A model generated the notes under the pieces. That model was not told the DNA's origin, made no database searches, and worked only from the letters and a program-made list of their open reading frames with translations. Source: Candidatus Hadarchaeota archaeon (GTDB lineage Archaea; Hadarchaeota; Hadarchaeia; Hadarchaeales; WYZ-LMO6). Taken from it: DNA of 45,829 nucleotides. Where the stretch lies: the NCBI GenBank assembly GCA_964509845.1, contig CAZDZG010000003.1, positions 1 through 45,829 on the forward strand, given 5' to 3'. Made by a program: the position numbers and the translations under genes. Below are positions 34,695 to 45,829 of this stretch, piece after piece (the stretch's first letter is position 1; each line of letters starts with the position of its first letter).

Positions 34695-35530
34695 CCCGTT
34701 ACGGCCAGCGATCCGTATCCCACCACCTCCGGCATGGGACCGGCGATGTCCCCGCTGGTGGCGTACTTCAGCAGCCTTCCCCTCCTGGCCCCCAGCTCCA
34801 GACAGGCCCTGAGCATGGCAGCCACGGGCCCGTATCCGCACATGCTTATGTCCTCCTCCTCCACCGTTCTCAGGAGACCCCTCCAGTCCAGGGCCTCTAT
34901 CCTCTCCAGGGCCTTGGCATCCTTCTTCCTGGCCCTCTCGGCGGGCTCGTAGTGGGTGAAGTCGGTGGAGGCCACGATTACGGCTTCCTTCCCCCTCAGC
35001 ACCCTCGCCAGGGCCTCCCCCACCTCGCGGCTGGTCTCCTCATCCTGGAGCATCAGGCAGACCGCCACGAGCCCGAAGTCCGAGCCGAAGAGGTGCTGGA
35101 GGAAGGGGAGCTGCACCTCGATGGAGTGCTCGTACCGGTGGGCCACCTCGTCCAGATCCGCCACCTCGCACTCCTCGGCCAGGGAGCGGGAGAGCTCCGA
35201 GTCGATCCGCACCTCCCCCAGCGGGGTTCTCCAGACCCCCGATGGGAAGACGGAGACCCCGGATCCCATGCCGGTGTGGTTGGGACCCAGGATCACCACG
35301 GTGGTGGGACGGCAGGAGGCCAGGAGGAGGTAGCCGTGGGCGGCCACCGGGCCGGAGTACATGTAGCCGGCGTGGGGGGAGACCAGCCCCAGCACCTTCT
35401 CCCCAACCTTCCCCGGGGAGGGAAGCCTTCCGGGCCCGTGGGGGTGGGTATAGCACCACTCTATCCTGGAGAGGAGGGCCTTCCTCTCCCCCTCGTAGAA
35501 GGCCCCGGCCACCGCCGGAAGTCTTATCAC
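34691..35530 (-). CDS. MEMO1-family protein (AmmeMemoRadiSam system protein B-like)
   Basis: 279-aa ORF with PAVAGAFYEG, SPHAGYMYSGPVAA, GPNHTG, EHSIEVQLPFL and STDFTHY. Confidence 0.85.
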   Translation of the reverse strand: MIRLPAVAGAFYEGERKALLSRIEWCYTHPHGPGRLPSPGKVGEKVLGLVSPHAGYMYSGPVAAHGYLLLASCRPTTVVILGPNHTGMGSGVSVFPSGVWRTPLGEVRIDSELSRSLAEECEVADLDEVAHRYEHSIEVQLPFLQHLFGSDFGLVAVCLMLQDEETSREVGEALARVLRGKEAVIVASTDFTHYEPAERARKKDAKALERIEALDWRGLLRTVEEEDISMCGYGPVAAMLRACLELGARRGRLLKYATSGDIAGPMPEVVGYGSLAVTG

Positions 35531-36168
35531 TGGTTGACCTCCTTGGGCCTGCTTTCGAATTCCTCCACCGGTATGGGGAAGGGGGCATCCGGAGCCAGCT
35601 CTCCCCTTTCCCTCAGGACCTGGCGGGCCAGCAGCCAGTAAACCAGGGCCAGGGCCTTCTTCCCCTTGTTGTTGGTGGGGATGACCAGGTCCACGTCGGC
35701 CGTTTCGTTATCCGTGTCGCAGAGGGCTATCACCGGTATGCCCATCTTGGCTGCCTCGGCCAGCGGCTGGGCGTCGGCCATGGGATCCGTGACCAGGAGG
35801 AGGGAGAATTCGGAGTATCCGGGATAGGAAGGGTTGGTGAGGGTTCCGGGCACGAACCTTCCCACGATGGGTTTGGCCCCCACCACCTCGCAGAACTTCA
35901 GGACGGGCTGCTGCCCGTACTGCCTGGCCGACACCACCAGGATCCTCTCCGGTTTCTGCCTGGCCAGCATCTTGGCGGCCACCCTTATCTTGGCATCCGT
36001 CTTTTCCACGTCCAGGATGTAGATGCGGTCGGGGCGGACCTTGAAGATGTAGGGGGCCATCGATCCCGTCTTCTGCCTGGTCCCTATGTGCACCCCTGCC
36101 GCCAGGTAGGTGTTCCTGTCCACCAGCAGCTCCCCAACCTTTTCCTCCGCCTGCATCCTCTCGCCCAC
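35527..36168 (-). CDS. rps2: 30S ribosomal protein S2 (uS2)
   Basis: 213-aa ORF with LAAGVHIGT, GRFVPGTLTNP and IALCDTDN. Confidence 0.93.
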   Translation of the reverse strand: MGERMQAEEKVGELLVDRNTYLAAGVHIGTRQKTGSMAPYIFKVRPDRIYILDVEKTDAKIRVAAKMLARQKPERILVVSARQYGQQPVLKFCEVVGAKPIVGRFVPGTLTNPSYPGYSEFSLLLVTDPMADAQPLAEAAKMGIPVIALCDTDNETADVDLVIPTNNKGKKALALVYWLLARQVLRERGELAPDAPFPIPVEEFESRPKEVNQ

Positions 36169-36197
36169 TTCCTCTCCTCACCGACCGCGGTTAAAAG

Positions 36198-37409
36198 CTA
36201 TCCGAAGCCGAGCCTGGCCAGCCTTTTCACCCTCTCCTCCAGGCGGATGAGCTCGTTCAGCTTCACCGTCCTCTCCCCTCCCACCGCCCCCGTCTTTATG
36301 AGGGGGCAGCCCGCCCCCACCGCCAGGTGGGCGATGGTCTCGTCCTCGGTCTCCCCCGAGCGGTGGGAGGCCACCGGCACCATTCCCCCCCTGCGGGCCA
36401 GCTCCACCGCGGTCAGGGCGTCGGTCAGGGTTCCCACCTGGTTGGGCTTGATGATGACGGCGCTGGCCGCCCCCTCCCCCCTCTCTATCCTGGCCGGATT
36501 GGTGGCGAAGAGGTCGTCCCCGCAGACCAGGCATTTCCTCCCCACCTCCTCCCTCAGCCTGGAGAAGCCCGAAAAGTCCTCCTCGTGGAGGGGGTCCTCC
36601 AGGTAGAGGAGGTCGTAGGTCTCCACCAGGGTCAGGGCGAACTCCAGCTGCTCCTCCTCCGTCAGCTTCTTTCCCTCCCTCGGATAGACGTACCTTCGCT
36701 TCGAGGGATCGTAGAGGTTGCTGGCCGCCATGTCCAGCCCCATCCTCACCTCCCTTCCCTCCTCCCTTCCCACCTCCTCACAGGCCCTCCTCACCAGCTC
36801 CAGGGATCCCTTCCCGTCCAGAGGTGAAACCCAGGCCCCCTCGTCCCCTCTCCCTCCGGCAAACCTTCCCCCCTTCTCCCTGAGGAGCTCCCCCACCCTC
36901 CGGTGCACCCTGGCGTTGATCAGGGCAGCCTCCTGAAAGCTCCTCGCCCCGGGTGCCACCACCAGGATCTCCTGCAGGTCCGTTCCCCCTCCCCCGGCGT
37001 GGGCCCCCCCTCCTAGCACGTTGCCGAGCGGCAGCGGAAGGGTGGAGCCCCTTCCGAGGAGACGGTACAAGGGTATTCCCCTGGCGGAGGCCTCGGCCTT
37101 GGCCGTGGCGAAGGAGAGGGCCACGGCGAGGTTCCCCCCTATCCTGGAGAAGTTCGGGGTCCCGTCCAGCTCCCTCAGGAGGGTGTCGGTCCCCCTCAGG
37201 TTCAGCTCCCTTCCCCTGAGCCTCCGCGAGATCTCCCCCCGCAGGAGGGAGAGGGAGGCGTCCACCCCCCCGGAGGCGAACGGCACCGCCTCGTACCTTC
37301 CCCTGCTCCTCCCGCTGGGTGCGGAGCCCCTCCCGAACCCCCCTCCCCCCCAGACCTCCACCTCCAGGGTGGGCTCCCCCCGGCTGTCCAGGATCTTCCT
37401 CCCCCTCAC
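36198..37409 (-). CDS. eno: enolase
   Basis: 403-aa ORF with GTG start and ILDSRGEPTLEVEV, IIKPNQVGTLTDA and SHRSGETED. Confidence 0.9.
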   Translation of the reverse strand: MRGRKILDSRGEPTLEVEVWGGGGFGRGSAPSGRSRGRYEAVPFASGGVDASLSLLRGEISRRLRGRELNLRGTDTLLRELDGTPNFSRIGGNLAVALSFATAKAEASARGIPLYRLLGRGSTLPLPLGNVLGGGAHAGGGGTDLQEILVVAPGARSFQEAALINARVHRRVGELLREKGGRFAGGRGDEGAWVSPLDGKGSLELVRRACEEVGREEGREVRMGLDMAASNLYDPSKRRYVYPREGKKLTEEEQLEFALTLVETYDLLYLEDPLHEEDFSGFSRLREEVGRKCLVCGDDLFATNPARIERGEGAASAVIIKPNQVGTLTDALTAVELARRGGMVPVASHRSGETEDETIAHLAVGAGCPLIKTGAVGGERTVKLNELIRLEERVKRLARLGFG

Positions 37410-37420
37410 CCCCTCGATCC

Positions 37421-38806
37421 TCAGCGCGCGAGCAGGGGCAGGCAGCGCTCCACCTCCCTCACGAACTCCTCCACCTTGTCCTTGGGTATGTAGGCGGCGC
37501 CGGACACGTCATGCCCTCCCCCCTCCCCCCCCACCGCCTTTGCCGCCTCGTTCAGGATCCTCCCTATGTTGATCCCCTTGGCGGTGAGGTGGAAGGTGGC
37601 CCTTCCCGAGACCTTCACCTCCTCCCCGATGTCCGCCAGCCCTATGAGGGGGCGGTCCCCCTCCACCAGCCTCGACTCCAGGGCCAGGGAGAGCATCTCC
37701 CCCATCTCCGAGGCCGGGACCTCCTTCCCCACCCTGACGTACCTAGCCTTGGGGGAGACCTCGAAGTTGGGCAGGTTCCTGCAGAACCAGGCCATGTTGT
37801 CCAGCATCCTCCGCTGGTACCCCTGAAGGAGGAGGAGGCATTCCTTCTTCGCCTCCTCGTCCCCCAGGTTGGCGGCGAAGCCTATCTCCGGCCGGTGGTA
37901 GGTGTCGCTGGCGTCCAGGGCCACCGCCCACTTCCTCAGGTTGGGGAGGGATCGGTCCCTGAGGTAATACACCCCTCCCCAGAGCAGCTCCCTCCCCTCC
38001 TCCCCGTACCCCAGCCTCTCCAGCAGGGCCTCACACAGCCTCCTTTCCCCCTCCTCCCCCAGCTCCTCCAGCGTGGAGGAGGGGGGGAGGCCCAGCTGCT
38101 CGGGTATTTCGGCGGACACCCTGGAGTTCCCGGAGATGCCTGGCAGGTAGGGGCGGACGGAAAGGCGGAGGGACTCCGCCACCGGCACCTCCTCCCTGTC
38201 CAGCAGCTTCATTCCCTCCTTCCTTTCCACCGTTCCCTCCTCCAGCGCCCGCCGCAGGAGGAGGGCGTTGATCCCCGTGAAGCCCTCGGCCAGCTCCTGC
38301 CTGTCCCCCAGCGCCCCCACCAGGGCCAGCCAGACCTCCTTCCTCAGCCTCCTGTCCATCTTCTCCACCACGCTGTAGACCACGGTGGAGGCACAGGCCT
38401 CCTTGGCCCCGTTCAGCCCCATGAGGTGGGGGTTGAGGCAGAGCAGGCGGGGATCCTCGGGCGGTTTTCCCGGGTGATGATCGAGGATCAGCACCTCGTG
38501 CCCCCTGCTCGTGACCTTCTTTTCCAGGGTGGGGATCTCCCTGCTCCCCTGGTCCAGGAAGACCAGGAACCTCCCCTCCTCACTCTTCCCCAGCTCCACC
38601 ATCTCCCTGGCCCCGTAGGGGCGGGTGAACTTTATCCTGAAGGGGTGGCCGTGCAGGTGCAGGTACATGGCGAGGAGGCTGGAGGCGGAGATCCCGTCGG
38701 CATCGGCGTGGGTGAAGATCTCCACGGTCTTTTCCCCCAGCTTCTCCTTGAGGAGGGAGGCTACTTCGCCCGCCTTCCTCTCGAAAGCCAGGATCTCCTC
38801 CCTCAA
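37421..38806 (-). CDS. recJ: DHH-family phosphoesterase, archaeal RecJ/Cdc45 (GAN-like) homologue
   Basis: 461-aa ORF with TTG start. It has THADADGISAS, ILDHHPG and a C-terminal GGGHDVSGAA (DHHA1-like). Confidence 0.75.
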   Translation of the reverse strand: MREEILAFERKAGEVASLLKEKLGEKTVEIFTHADADGISASSLLAMYLHLHGHPFRIKFTRPYGAREMVELGKSEEGRFLVFLDQGSREIPTLEKKVTSRGHEVLILDHHPGKPPEDPRLLCLNPHLMGLNGAKEACASTVVYSVVEKMDRRLRKEVWLALVGALGDRQELAEGFTGINALLLRRALEEGTVERKEGMKLLDREEVPVAESLRLSVRPYLPGISGNSRVSAEIPEQLGLPPSSTLEELGEEGERRLCEALLERLGYGEEGRELLWGGVYYLRDRSLPNLRKWAVALDASDTYHRPEIGFAANLGDEEAKKECLLLLQGYQRRMLDNMAWFCRNLPNFEVSPKARYVRVGKEVPASEMGEMLSLALESRLVEGDRPLIGLADIGEEVKVSGRATFHLTAKGINIGRILNEAAKAVGGEGGGHDVSGAAYIPKDKVEEFVREVERCLPLLAR

Positions 38807-38810
38807 AGGT

Positions 38811-39196
38811 TCACCTCAGCAGCAGGGCGGCCTTCTCCCTCTCGTACTTCCAGCCCTTGGGCAGCTTTCCCTTCCTGACGTAGTACTGGGCGAGCTTCCT
38901 TATCCTCTGCTCCGTGATCTCCAGGGAGCGGCGGGTGACCTTATCCTTCCTGTTCTTCTCCAGGTGCCTCTGCATGCGCAGGGCCCTCCTTATCAGGTTG
39001 GCCAGATCCTCCGGAAGGGGCCTGGCCAGTCCCTTCTCCTCCAGGATCTGGGTGAGGCTCTTCCCCGTGGCCTTCTTCACCGATCCCACCCCGTAGAGGT
39101 CGCGGAGGAGGATCCCTATCATGCTGGGAGGATGCCCCTCCTCCGCCAGCTTCACCACCAGCCTCTCCACCGCCTCCCCGGTCATCTCCTCACCGC

Positions 39197-39200
<4 letters not shown>
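38811..39200 (-). CDS. rps15: 30S ribosomal protein S15 (uS15/S13e), N-terminally short
   Basis: 129-aa ORF: [21 protein letters not shown]...[26 protein letters not shown]...IRKLAQYY. An in-frame TAG sits two codons upstream of the ATG. Confidence 0.88.
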
Positions 39201-41456
<2,256 letters not shown>

Positions 41457-41486
41457 TTAATATCCCTCCCGCGGGAGTGGCTTGGG

Positions 41487-42344
41487 ATGGTGGTTTTTGA
41501 CAGGAAGGCGGAGGAGCACACTCCGGCCCTCCTGCGGGAGCTGAGGGAAAAGGCCAGGATCATAAGGAGGGATTCGCTGGTGATGACCACGGAGGCCGGC
41601 TCTGGCCATCCCGGCGGCTCCCTCTCCTGCGCCGACCTCCTGGCCGTCCTTTACTTCCACCACCTCAGGTACGATCCCGAGAACCCGCGCTGGGAGGGGA
41701 GGGACAGGTTCATCCTATCCAAGGGCCACGCCTGTCCCGCCCTTTACTCCGCCCTCTCCCTGGCCGGTTTCTTCCCCCGGGAGTGGCTGCGCACCCTGCG
41801 GAGGCTGGGAAGCCCGCTGCAGGGCCATCCCGACTCCACCTCCACCCCGGGGGTGGAGGCCTCCACGGGCTCGCTGGGGCAGGGCCTCTCCATAGGGTGC
41901 GGCATGGCCCTGGCGGCGAGGCTGGACCGCAGGGACTACAGGGTCTACGTCCTGCTGGGTGACGGGGAGATGGACGAGGGGCAGGTGTGGGAGGCGGCCA
42001 TGTTCGCCGCCCACCAGCGGCTGGACAACCTGCTGGCCATCGTGGACAGGAACGGGATCCAGCTGGACGGGCCCACGGAGGAGATAGTGGGGCTGGAGCC
42101 CCTGGCCGAGAAGTGGAGGGCCTTCGGCTGGAACGTGCTGGAGGTGGACGGGCACGAGGTGGGGCAGATCGCCTGGGCCCTGGACCGGGCGGAGGAGGTG
42201 AAGGGGAGGCCCACCGTCCTCATAGCCCGCACGGTGAAGGGGAAGGGGGTCTCCTTCATGGAGAACCAGGTGAGGTACCACGGCGTCCCCCTCACCAGGG
42301 AGGAGCTGGAAAGGGCCCTGGCGGAGCTGGAGGGAGGAGGATGA
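41487..42344 (+). CDS. tkt: transketolase, N-terminal (TPP-binding) subunit
   Basis: SGHPGGSLS, SKGHA and GDGEMDEGQVWEA are present. The real start ATG 41487 lies inside an 815-aa track ORF whose first about 530 codons are antisense to kae1. Confidence 0.88.
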   Translation: MVVFDRKAEEHTPALLRELREKARIIRRDSLVMTTEAGSGHPGGSLSCADLLAVLYFHHLRYDPENPRWEGRDRFILSKGHACPALYSALSLAGFFPREWLRTLRRLGSPLQGHPDSTSTPGVEASTGSLGQGLSIGCGMALAARLDRRDYRVYVLLGDGEMDEGQVWEAAMFAAHQRLDNLLAIVDRNGIQLDGPTEEIVGLEPLAEKWRAFGWNVLEVDGHEVGQIAWALDRAEEVKGRPTVLIARTVKGKGVSFMENQVRYHGVPLTREELERALAELEGGG

Positions 42345-43303
42345 GCCCCTCCGCCTCCATGAGGGAGGCCTACGGGAGGACCCTGGCGGAGCTGGGGGAG
42401 AGGTATCCGGAGATCGTGGTGCTGGACGCCGACCTCTCCACCTCCACCCACACCTCTCTCTTCGCCAAAAAGTTTCCCGAGAGGTTCTTCAACGTGGGGG
42501 TGGCGGAGGCCAACCTGATGGGGGTGGCGGCGGGGCTGGCCTCCTGCGGGAAGATCCCCTTCGTCAGCACCTTTTCCGTCTTCGCCACCGAAAAGGGGCT
42601 CAGCCAGTTCAAGCAGTCCATAGCCTACCCCAACCTGAACGTGAAGGTGGTGGCGACCCACGGCGGGCTCTCGGTGGGGGAGGACGGGGCCTCCCACTTC
42701 TGCCTCTGGGACGTGGCGGTGATGCGCTCCCTCCCCAACACCACGGTCCTGGTGCCGGCGGACGCCGTGGAGACGGCGGAGATGGTGAGGGCTCTGGTGG
42801 AGCACAGGGGGCCCGCCTTCGCCAGGCTCCCCAGGGCCAAGACGGAGCTGGTGTACGGGGAGGGATACACGTACGGCGGGAGGAAGCTGGAGTTCAGGAT
42901 AGGGGAGGGGGTGGTGCTGGAGGACGGGGAGGATGCCACCATCCTGGCCAACGGCCCGCTGGTGGCGGAGGCCCTGGAGGCCAGCAGGAGGCTGAGGGAG
43001 GAGGGGCTGAGGGTGAGGGTGGTGGACCTGCACACGGTGAAGCCCCTGGACGGGCGAACCGTGCTGAAGGCCGCCCGCGAGACGGGCTTCCTGGTCACCG
43101 CCGAGGATCACAGCGTGGTGGGGGGACTCGGGGGGGCGGTGGCCGAGTTCCTGGCGGAGCACTACCCCACCCCCCTCAGGAGGGTGGGGGTAAGGGATGA
43201 GTTCGGGAAGTCGGGATCCTGGAGGGAGCTCTACGAGTTCTACGGCCTCACCGCCAGGCACCTGGAGCAGGCGGTCAGAGAGGTGAGGAGGATGGAGAGA
43301 TGA
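42341..43303 (+). CDS. tkt: transketolase, C-terminal (pyrimidine-binding) subunit
   Basis: MSPSASMREAYG..., FFNVGVAEANLMG and HGGLSVGEDGASH. ATGA overlap with the N-terminal subunit stop. Confidence 0.88.
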   Translation: MSPSASMREAYGRTLAELGERYPEIVVLDADLSTSTHTSLFAKKFPERFFNVGVAEANLMGVAAGLASCGKIPFVSTFSVFATEKGLSQFKQSIAYPNLNVKVVATHGGLSVGEDGASHFCLWDVAVMRSLPNTTVLVPADAVETAEMVRALVEHRGPAFARLPRAKTELVYGEGYTYGGRKLEFRIGEGVVLEDGEDATILANGPLVAEALEASRRLREEGLRVRVVDLHTVKPLDGRTVLKAARETGFLVTAEDHSVVGGLGGAVAEFLAEHYPTPLRRVGVRDEFGKSGSWRELYEFYGLTARHLEQAVREVRRMER

Positions 43304-44019
43304 GGATCAAGATCGCCCCCTCCCTCCTCTCCGCCGACTTCGGGAGGCTGGAGGAGGAGATAAGGGAGGTGGAGGAGGGGGGGGCGGACCTCCTGCACTG
43401 GGACGTGATGGACGGGCACTTCGTCCCCAACCTGACCGTGGGCCCCTCCGTGATCAGCTGCCTGAGGAAGAGGACGGACCTCCCTTTCAACATTCACCTC
43501 ATGATCGAGAAGCCGGAGAGATACCTGCGGAGGTTCGTGGAGGCGGGGGGAGACATCATCACGGTGCACGTGGAGGCCTGCGAAAACCTGAGGCGGGCGC
43601 TCTCCTCCCTCAGGAGGATGGGGGCGAAGGTGGGGGTGGCCCTGAACCCCGAGACGCCGCTGGAGGCGGTGGAGGGGGTGGTGGGGGAGCTGGACCTCCT
43701 GCTGATCATGACCGTTCACCCTGGCTTCGGCAACCAGAGGCTGCTGAGGAGCACCCTTCCCAAGCTGAGGAGGGCGGGGAGGCTGGTGAGGGAGAGGGGG
43801 CTCTCCCTGGACCTGGGGGTGGACGGGGGGATCTCGGTGGAGACGGTTCCCGAGGTGGTCAGGGCGGGGGCCAACCTGCTGGTGGCCGGGACGGCCATCT
43901 ACGGCCAGAGGGACAGGGCGCTGGCCATCCGCAGGCTGAGGGAGGCCGCCTCGGCCGCCCTTGGGGAGGCCGGCTACCTCCCCCAGCAGCGCAGGAAGAA
44001 CTCCAGGGACCGGTTGTAG
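43300..44019 (+). CDS. rpe: ribulose-phosphate 3-epimerase
   Basis: 239-aa ORF with IAPSLLSADF, HWDVMDGHFVPN, MTVHPGFGNQ and VDGGI. ATGA overlap with tkt. The C-terminal tail overlaps a convergent small ORF. Confidence 0.9.
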   Translation: MRIKIAPSLLSADFGRLEEEIREVEEGGADLLHWDVMDGHFVPNLTVGPSVISCLRKRTDLPFNIHLMIEKPERYLRRFVEAGGDIITVHVEACENLRRALSSLRRMGAKVGVALNPETPLEAVEGVVGELDLLLIMTVHPGFGNQRLLRSTLPKLRRAGRLVRERGLSLDLGVDGGISVETVPEVVRAGANLLVAGTAIYGQRDRALAIRRLREAASAALGEAGYLPQQRRKNSRDRL

Positions 44020-44177
44020 GTCCTCTCGGCCTCCGGGGGGAAGAGACAGCCCGGGAGCTCCCTCCTCCTCCAGTGGTACCGCAGGCACTCGCAGCAGATT
44101 CCCTTTCTGGAGCAGGGCTCGTAGGTGCAGGTGCAGTATTTCAGATTTTCCCGCACCGAGCACTTCCTCTCGGCCAT
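43974..44177 (-). CDS. small cysteine-rich protein (9 Cys in 67 aa), unknown function
   Basis: MAERKCSVRENLKYCTCTYEPCSRKGICCECLRYHWRRRELPGCLFPPEAE... The Cys spacing suggests metal binding. I vaguely recall a similar DUF-type family but cannot verify it. Confidence 0.5.
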   Translation of the reverse strand: MAERKCSVRENLKYCTCTYEPCSRKGICCECLRYHWRRRELPGCLFPPEAERTYNRSLEFFLRCWGR

Positions 44178-44213
44178 CCCTCCCCCTCGGAGGGACGTGG
44201 AAAAAGGTTTCGG

Positions 44214-45440
44214 TCAGGGGAGCTGGACCTCGGTCCCCGCCAGCAGCTGCCCGTATCCCACCAACCTCCACCTCCCCCCCACCCTCCTGCTTAGGGCCGC
44301 CCTGGCCCCGGGCTGGGCGCAGACCAGTCTGGTGAGCTTCAGCTCCGCCCTCTCCCCCTTCACCCTCACGGCCGTGCCCACGGTGGTGGCCGTCCCCACG
44401 TTGAGGACCAGCTGCTCCCCCTGCGTGAGGGGCTTCACCTCCTGCTCCTGGGCCAGCCCCACCACCCTCTCCAGCAGGTGAACCTCCAGCTCCAGGGAGG
44501 AGAAGACGGGGGGCATGGATCCCTGCACCCCCACCAGGCATCCCACCAGGCGGTCGGCCTTGGTGAGGAAGGGATCCAGCTGGGTGGCCAGCCCTATCAG
44601 CCCGCCGGGCAGGGCCTCCTCCAGCTCTTCCTTCCCCGCCCTGAGGGAGGAGACCCTGCTCCTGAGGGGGGTGCAGGTACCCCCCTCCTGGAGGCCTGGC
44701 CTTATCTCGATTTCATCCCCCACCCTCAGCCTTCCCTGCGACAGCATCCCCCCCACCACCCCTCCCACCAGCTCCTCCGGACTCGTCCCCGGCAGGTTGG
44801 TGTCGAAGGAGCGGGCCACGTACATCAGGGGGGGCTTGGAGAGGTCGCGGACCGGGGTGGGGATGTTCTTCTCGATCTGCTCGATGAGGATGTCCAGGTT
44901 GACCCTGTGGATGGCCGAAACGGGAACCACGGGGGCCTGGGAGGCGAAGGTCCTGGAGAGGAACTGCCTGATCTGCTGGTAGTGCTCCAGGACCTTCTCC
45001 CTCGGAACCAGCTCGATCTTGTTCTGCACCACCACCACCCTGTGCACCCCGGCTATGTCGAGGGCGGCCAGGTGCTCCTTGGTCTGGGGCTGGGGACAGG
45101 GCTCGTTGGCGGCTATCACCAGCAGGGCCCCGTCCATGATGGCGGCCCCGCACAGGGTGGTGGCCATGAGGGCCTCGTGGCCTGGGGCATCCACGAAGGA
45201 GACCCTGCGGCAGAACTCCGTCTCCCCCCCGCAGTACGGGCACCTCTCCTTGGTGCTGTACCTCCCGCAGGAGCGGCACCTCATGAAGGAGGTGTCGGCG
45301 TATCCCAGGCGGATGGTGATGCCCCGCTTGATCTCCTCGCTGTGGGTGTCCGTCCAGATGCCGGAGAGGGCCTCCACCAGCGTGGTCTTGCCGTGGTCCA
45401 CGTGGCCCACCATCCCTATGTTCACCGTGGCCTGGGGCAT
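44214..45440 (-). CDS. eif2g: translation initiation factor aIF2 gamma subunit
   Basis: VNIGMVGHVDHGKTTL, zinc ribbon CRSCG...CPYCG, DAPGH and NKIE. ATG 45440 (MPQATVNIG) follows GGAAGGAGGGAG. The track ORF extends spuriously to 45539. Confidence 0.92.
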   Translation of the reverse strand: MPQATVNIGMVGHVDHGKTTLVEALSGIWTDTHSEEIKRGITIRLGYADTSFMRCRSCGRYSTKERCPYCGGETEFCRRVSFVDAPGHEALMATTLCGAAIMDGALLVIAANEPCPQPQTKEHLAALDIAGVHRVVVVQNKIELVPREKVLEHYQQIRQFLSRTFASQAPVVPVSAIHRVNLDILIEQIEKNIPTPVRDLSKPPLMYVARSFDTNLPGTSPEELVGGVVGGMLSQGRLRVGDEIEIRPGLQEGGTCTPLRSRVSSLRAGKEELEEALPGGLIGLATQLDPFLTKADRLVGCLVGVQGSMPPVFSSLELEVHLLERVVGLAQEQEVKPLTQGEQLVLNVGTATTVGTAVRVKGERAELKLTRLVCAQPGARAALSRRVGGRWRLVGYGQLLAGTEVQLP

Positions 45441-45618
45441 CTCCCTCCTTCCCCCTTTCCCTCTCTTAACCCTACCGGGAGCTAAGGTGGCCCCTCCGCT
45501 CACTCGGGTCTGGTCCCGTTTAGAAAGCCCCGAAAACACCTTTTATCCGGGGACCGGAGAGGATAACGGGCTTGGCTTGGCTCCAGTCCTTCGAGCAGGA
45601 AGCGGCTGCGGGTGAGGG

Positions 45619-45829
45619 ATGAGGCGCGCGCTTTTGGTTCTGGCTGCCGTGACCCTCCTGCTGGGTCTTATCGCGGCCCTGGTGGTCCTGGTGCCGCGCG
45701 GGGGGCCAGCCGGTGCTCCCGGGGTCGCGATCCTCGCGAGGGAGGAGAACCTCACGGTGATGGAGAACGGTGGCGCCGTCATAGAGTGCTCCACGACGGT
45801 TCCGGCCTTCGTGGGAGAGCTCTACCAGA
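45619..45829 (+). CDS. membrane-anchored or secreted protein, N-terminal fragment (runs off window end)
   Basis: Not in the ORF track because it has no stop. My translation is MRRALLVLAAVTLLLGLIAALVVLVPRGG..., a signal-anchor-like hydrophobic segment, preceded by GGGTGAGGG. Confidence 0.45.
   Translation, partial: MRRALLVLAAVTLLLGLIAALVVLVPRGGPAGAPGVAILAREENLTVMENGGAVIECSTTVPAFVGELYQ

Noticed and set aside
45441-45618. Possible ncRNA in the 178-bp divergent region between aIF2-gamma and the last ORF
   Set aside because: No tRNA, C/D-box or other recognisable fold is present. The region contains TATA-like boxes (CCTTTTATCC, TTTCTAAA) and Shine-Dalgarno sequences, consistent with a plain divergent promoter region.

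Overview
Gene-dense chromosomal segment (about 50 genes, over 90% coding) from a high-GC archaeon, roughly 60-65% GC by eye. Proteins are rich in R/E/L/G, which suggests a thermophile. No CRISPR array, transposase, integrase or obvious defence island is visible; the content is almost all housekeeping. Left to right: a radical-SAM gene fragment, thi4, tRNA-Ser(CGA) and a V4R protein. Next is a translationally coupled ~9.3 kb replisome operon on the minus strand (mcm, GINS, orc1/cdc6, PolD small subunit, HAD phosphatase, PolD large subunit). Then a Thr/Ser/Gly block (ACT protein, hom, thrC, glyA) and hsp20. A divergent switch region follows, then a small LAGLIDADG-fold ORF, a eukaryote-type topoisomerase IB, tyrS and minD. 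After that: an RNase J-like hydrolase, tRNA-Val, a CBS / cation-proton antiporter / DUF155-like operon, an intron-containing tRNA-Ser(GCU), rps6e, aIF5B, the L7Ae-S28e-L24e cluster, an AfpA + iron-sulfur flavoprotein pair and gltX. Then the archaeal isoprenoid cluster (MEMO, ipk, idi2, RNase J, GGPP synthase), rps2, eno, archaeal RecJ/Cdc45, rps15, ITPase and a Kae1-Bud32 fusion. The window ends with split transketolase + rpe, a Cys-rich miniprotein, aIF2-gamma and the start of a membrane protein. The most interesting signal is at 16.2-16.6 kb. Two inverted ORB-like (Orc1/Cdc6 origin recognition box) elements sit next to the most AT-rich tract of the window, exactly where gene orientation flips. 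They bracket a free-standing LAGLIDADG-fold gene that appears catalytically dead, just upstream of topoisomerase IB. I read this as a candidate replication origin with an unusual embedded gene. Other points: a half-ORB at the head of the replisome operon, an ipk/idi2 junction that needs recoding or a non-canonical start, a non-canonical BHB intron in tRNA-Ser(GCU), and a decayed radical-SAM gene. Limits: everything rests on reading the sequence and motif memory, with no database search. Many start codons are uncertain because the ORF track extends ORFs to the furthest start and TTG/GTG starts are frequent. Many long ORFs in the track are antisense artefacts of the high GC content.
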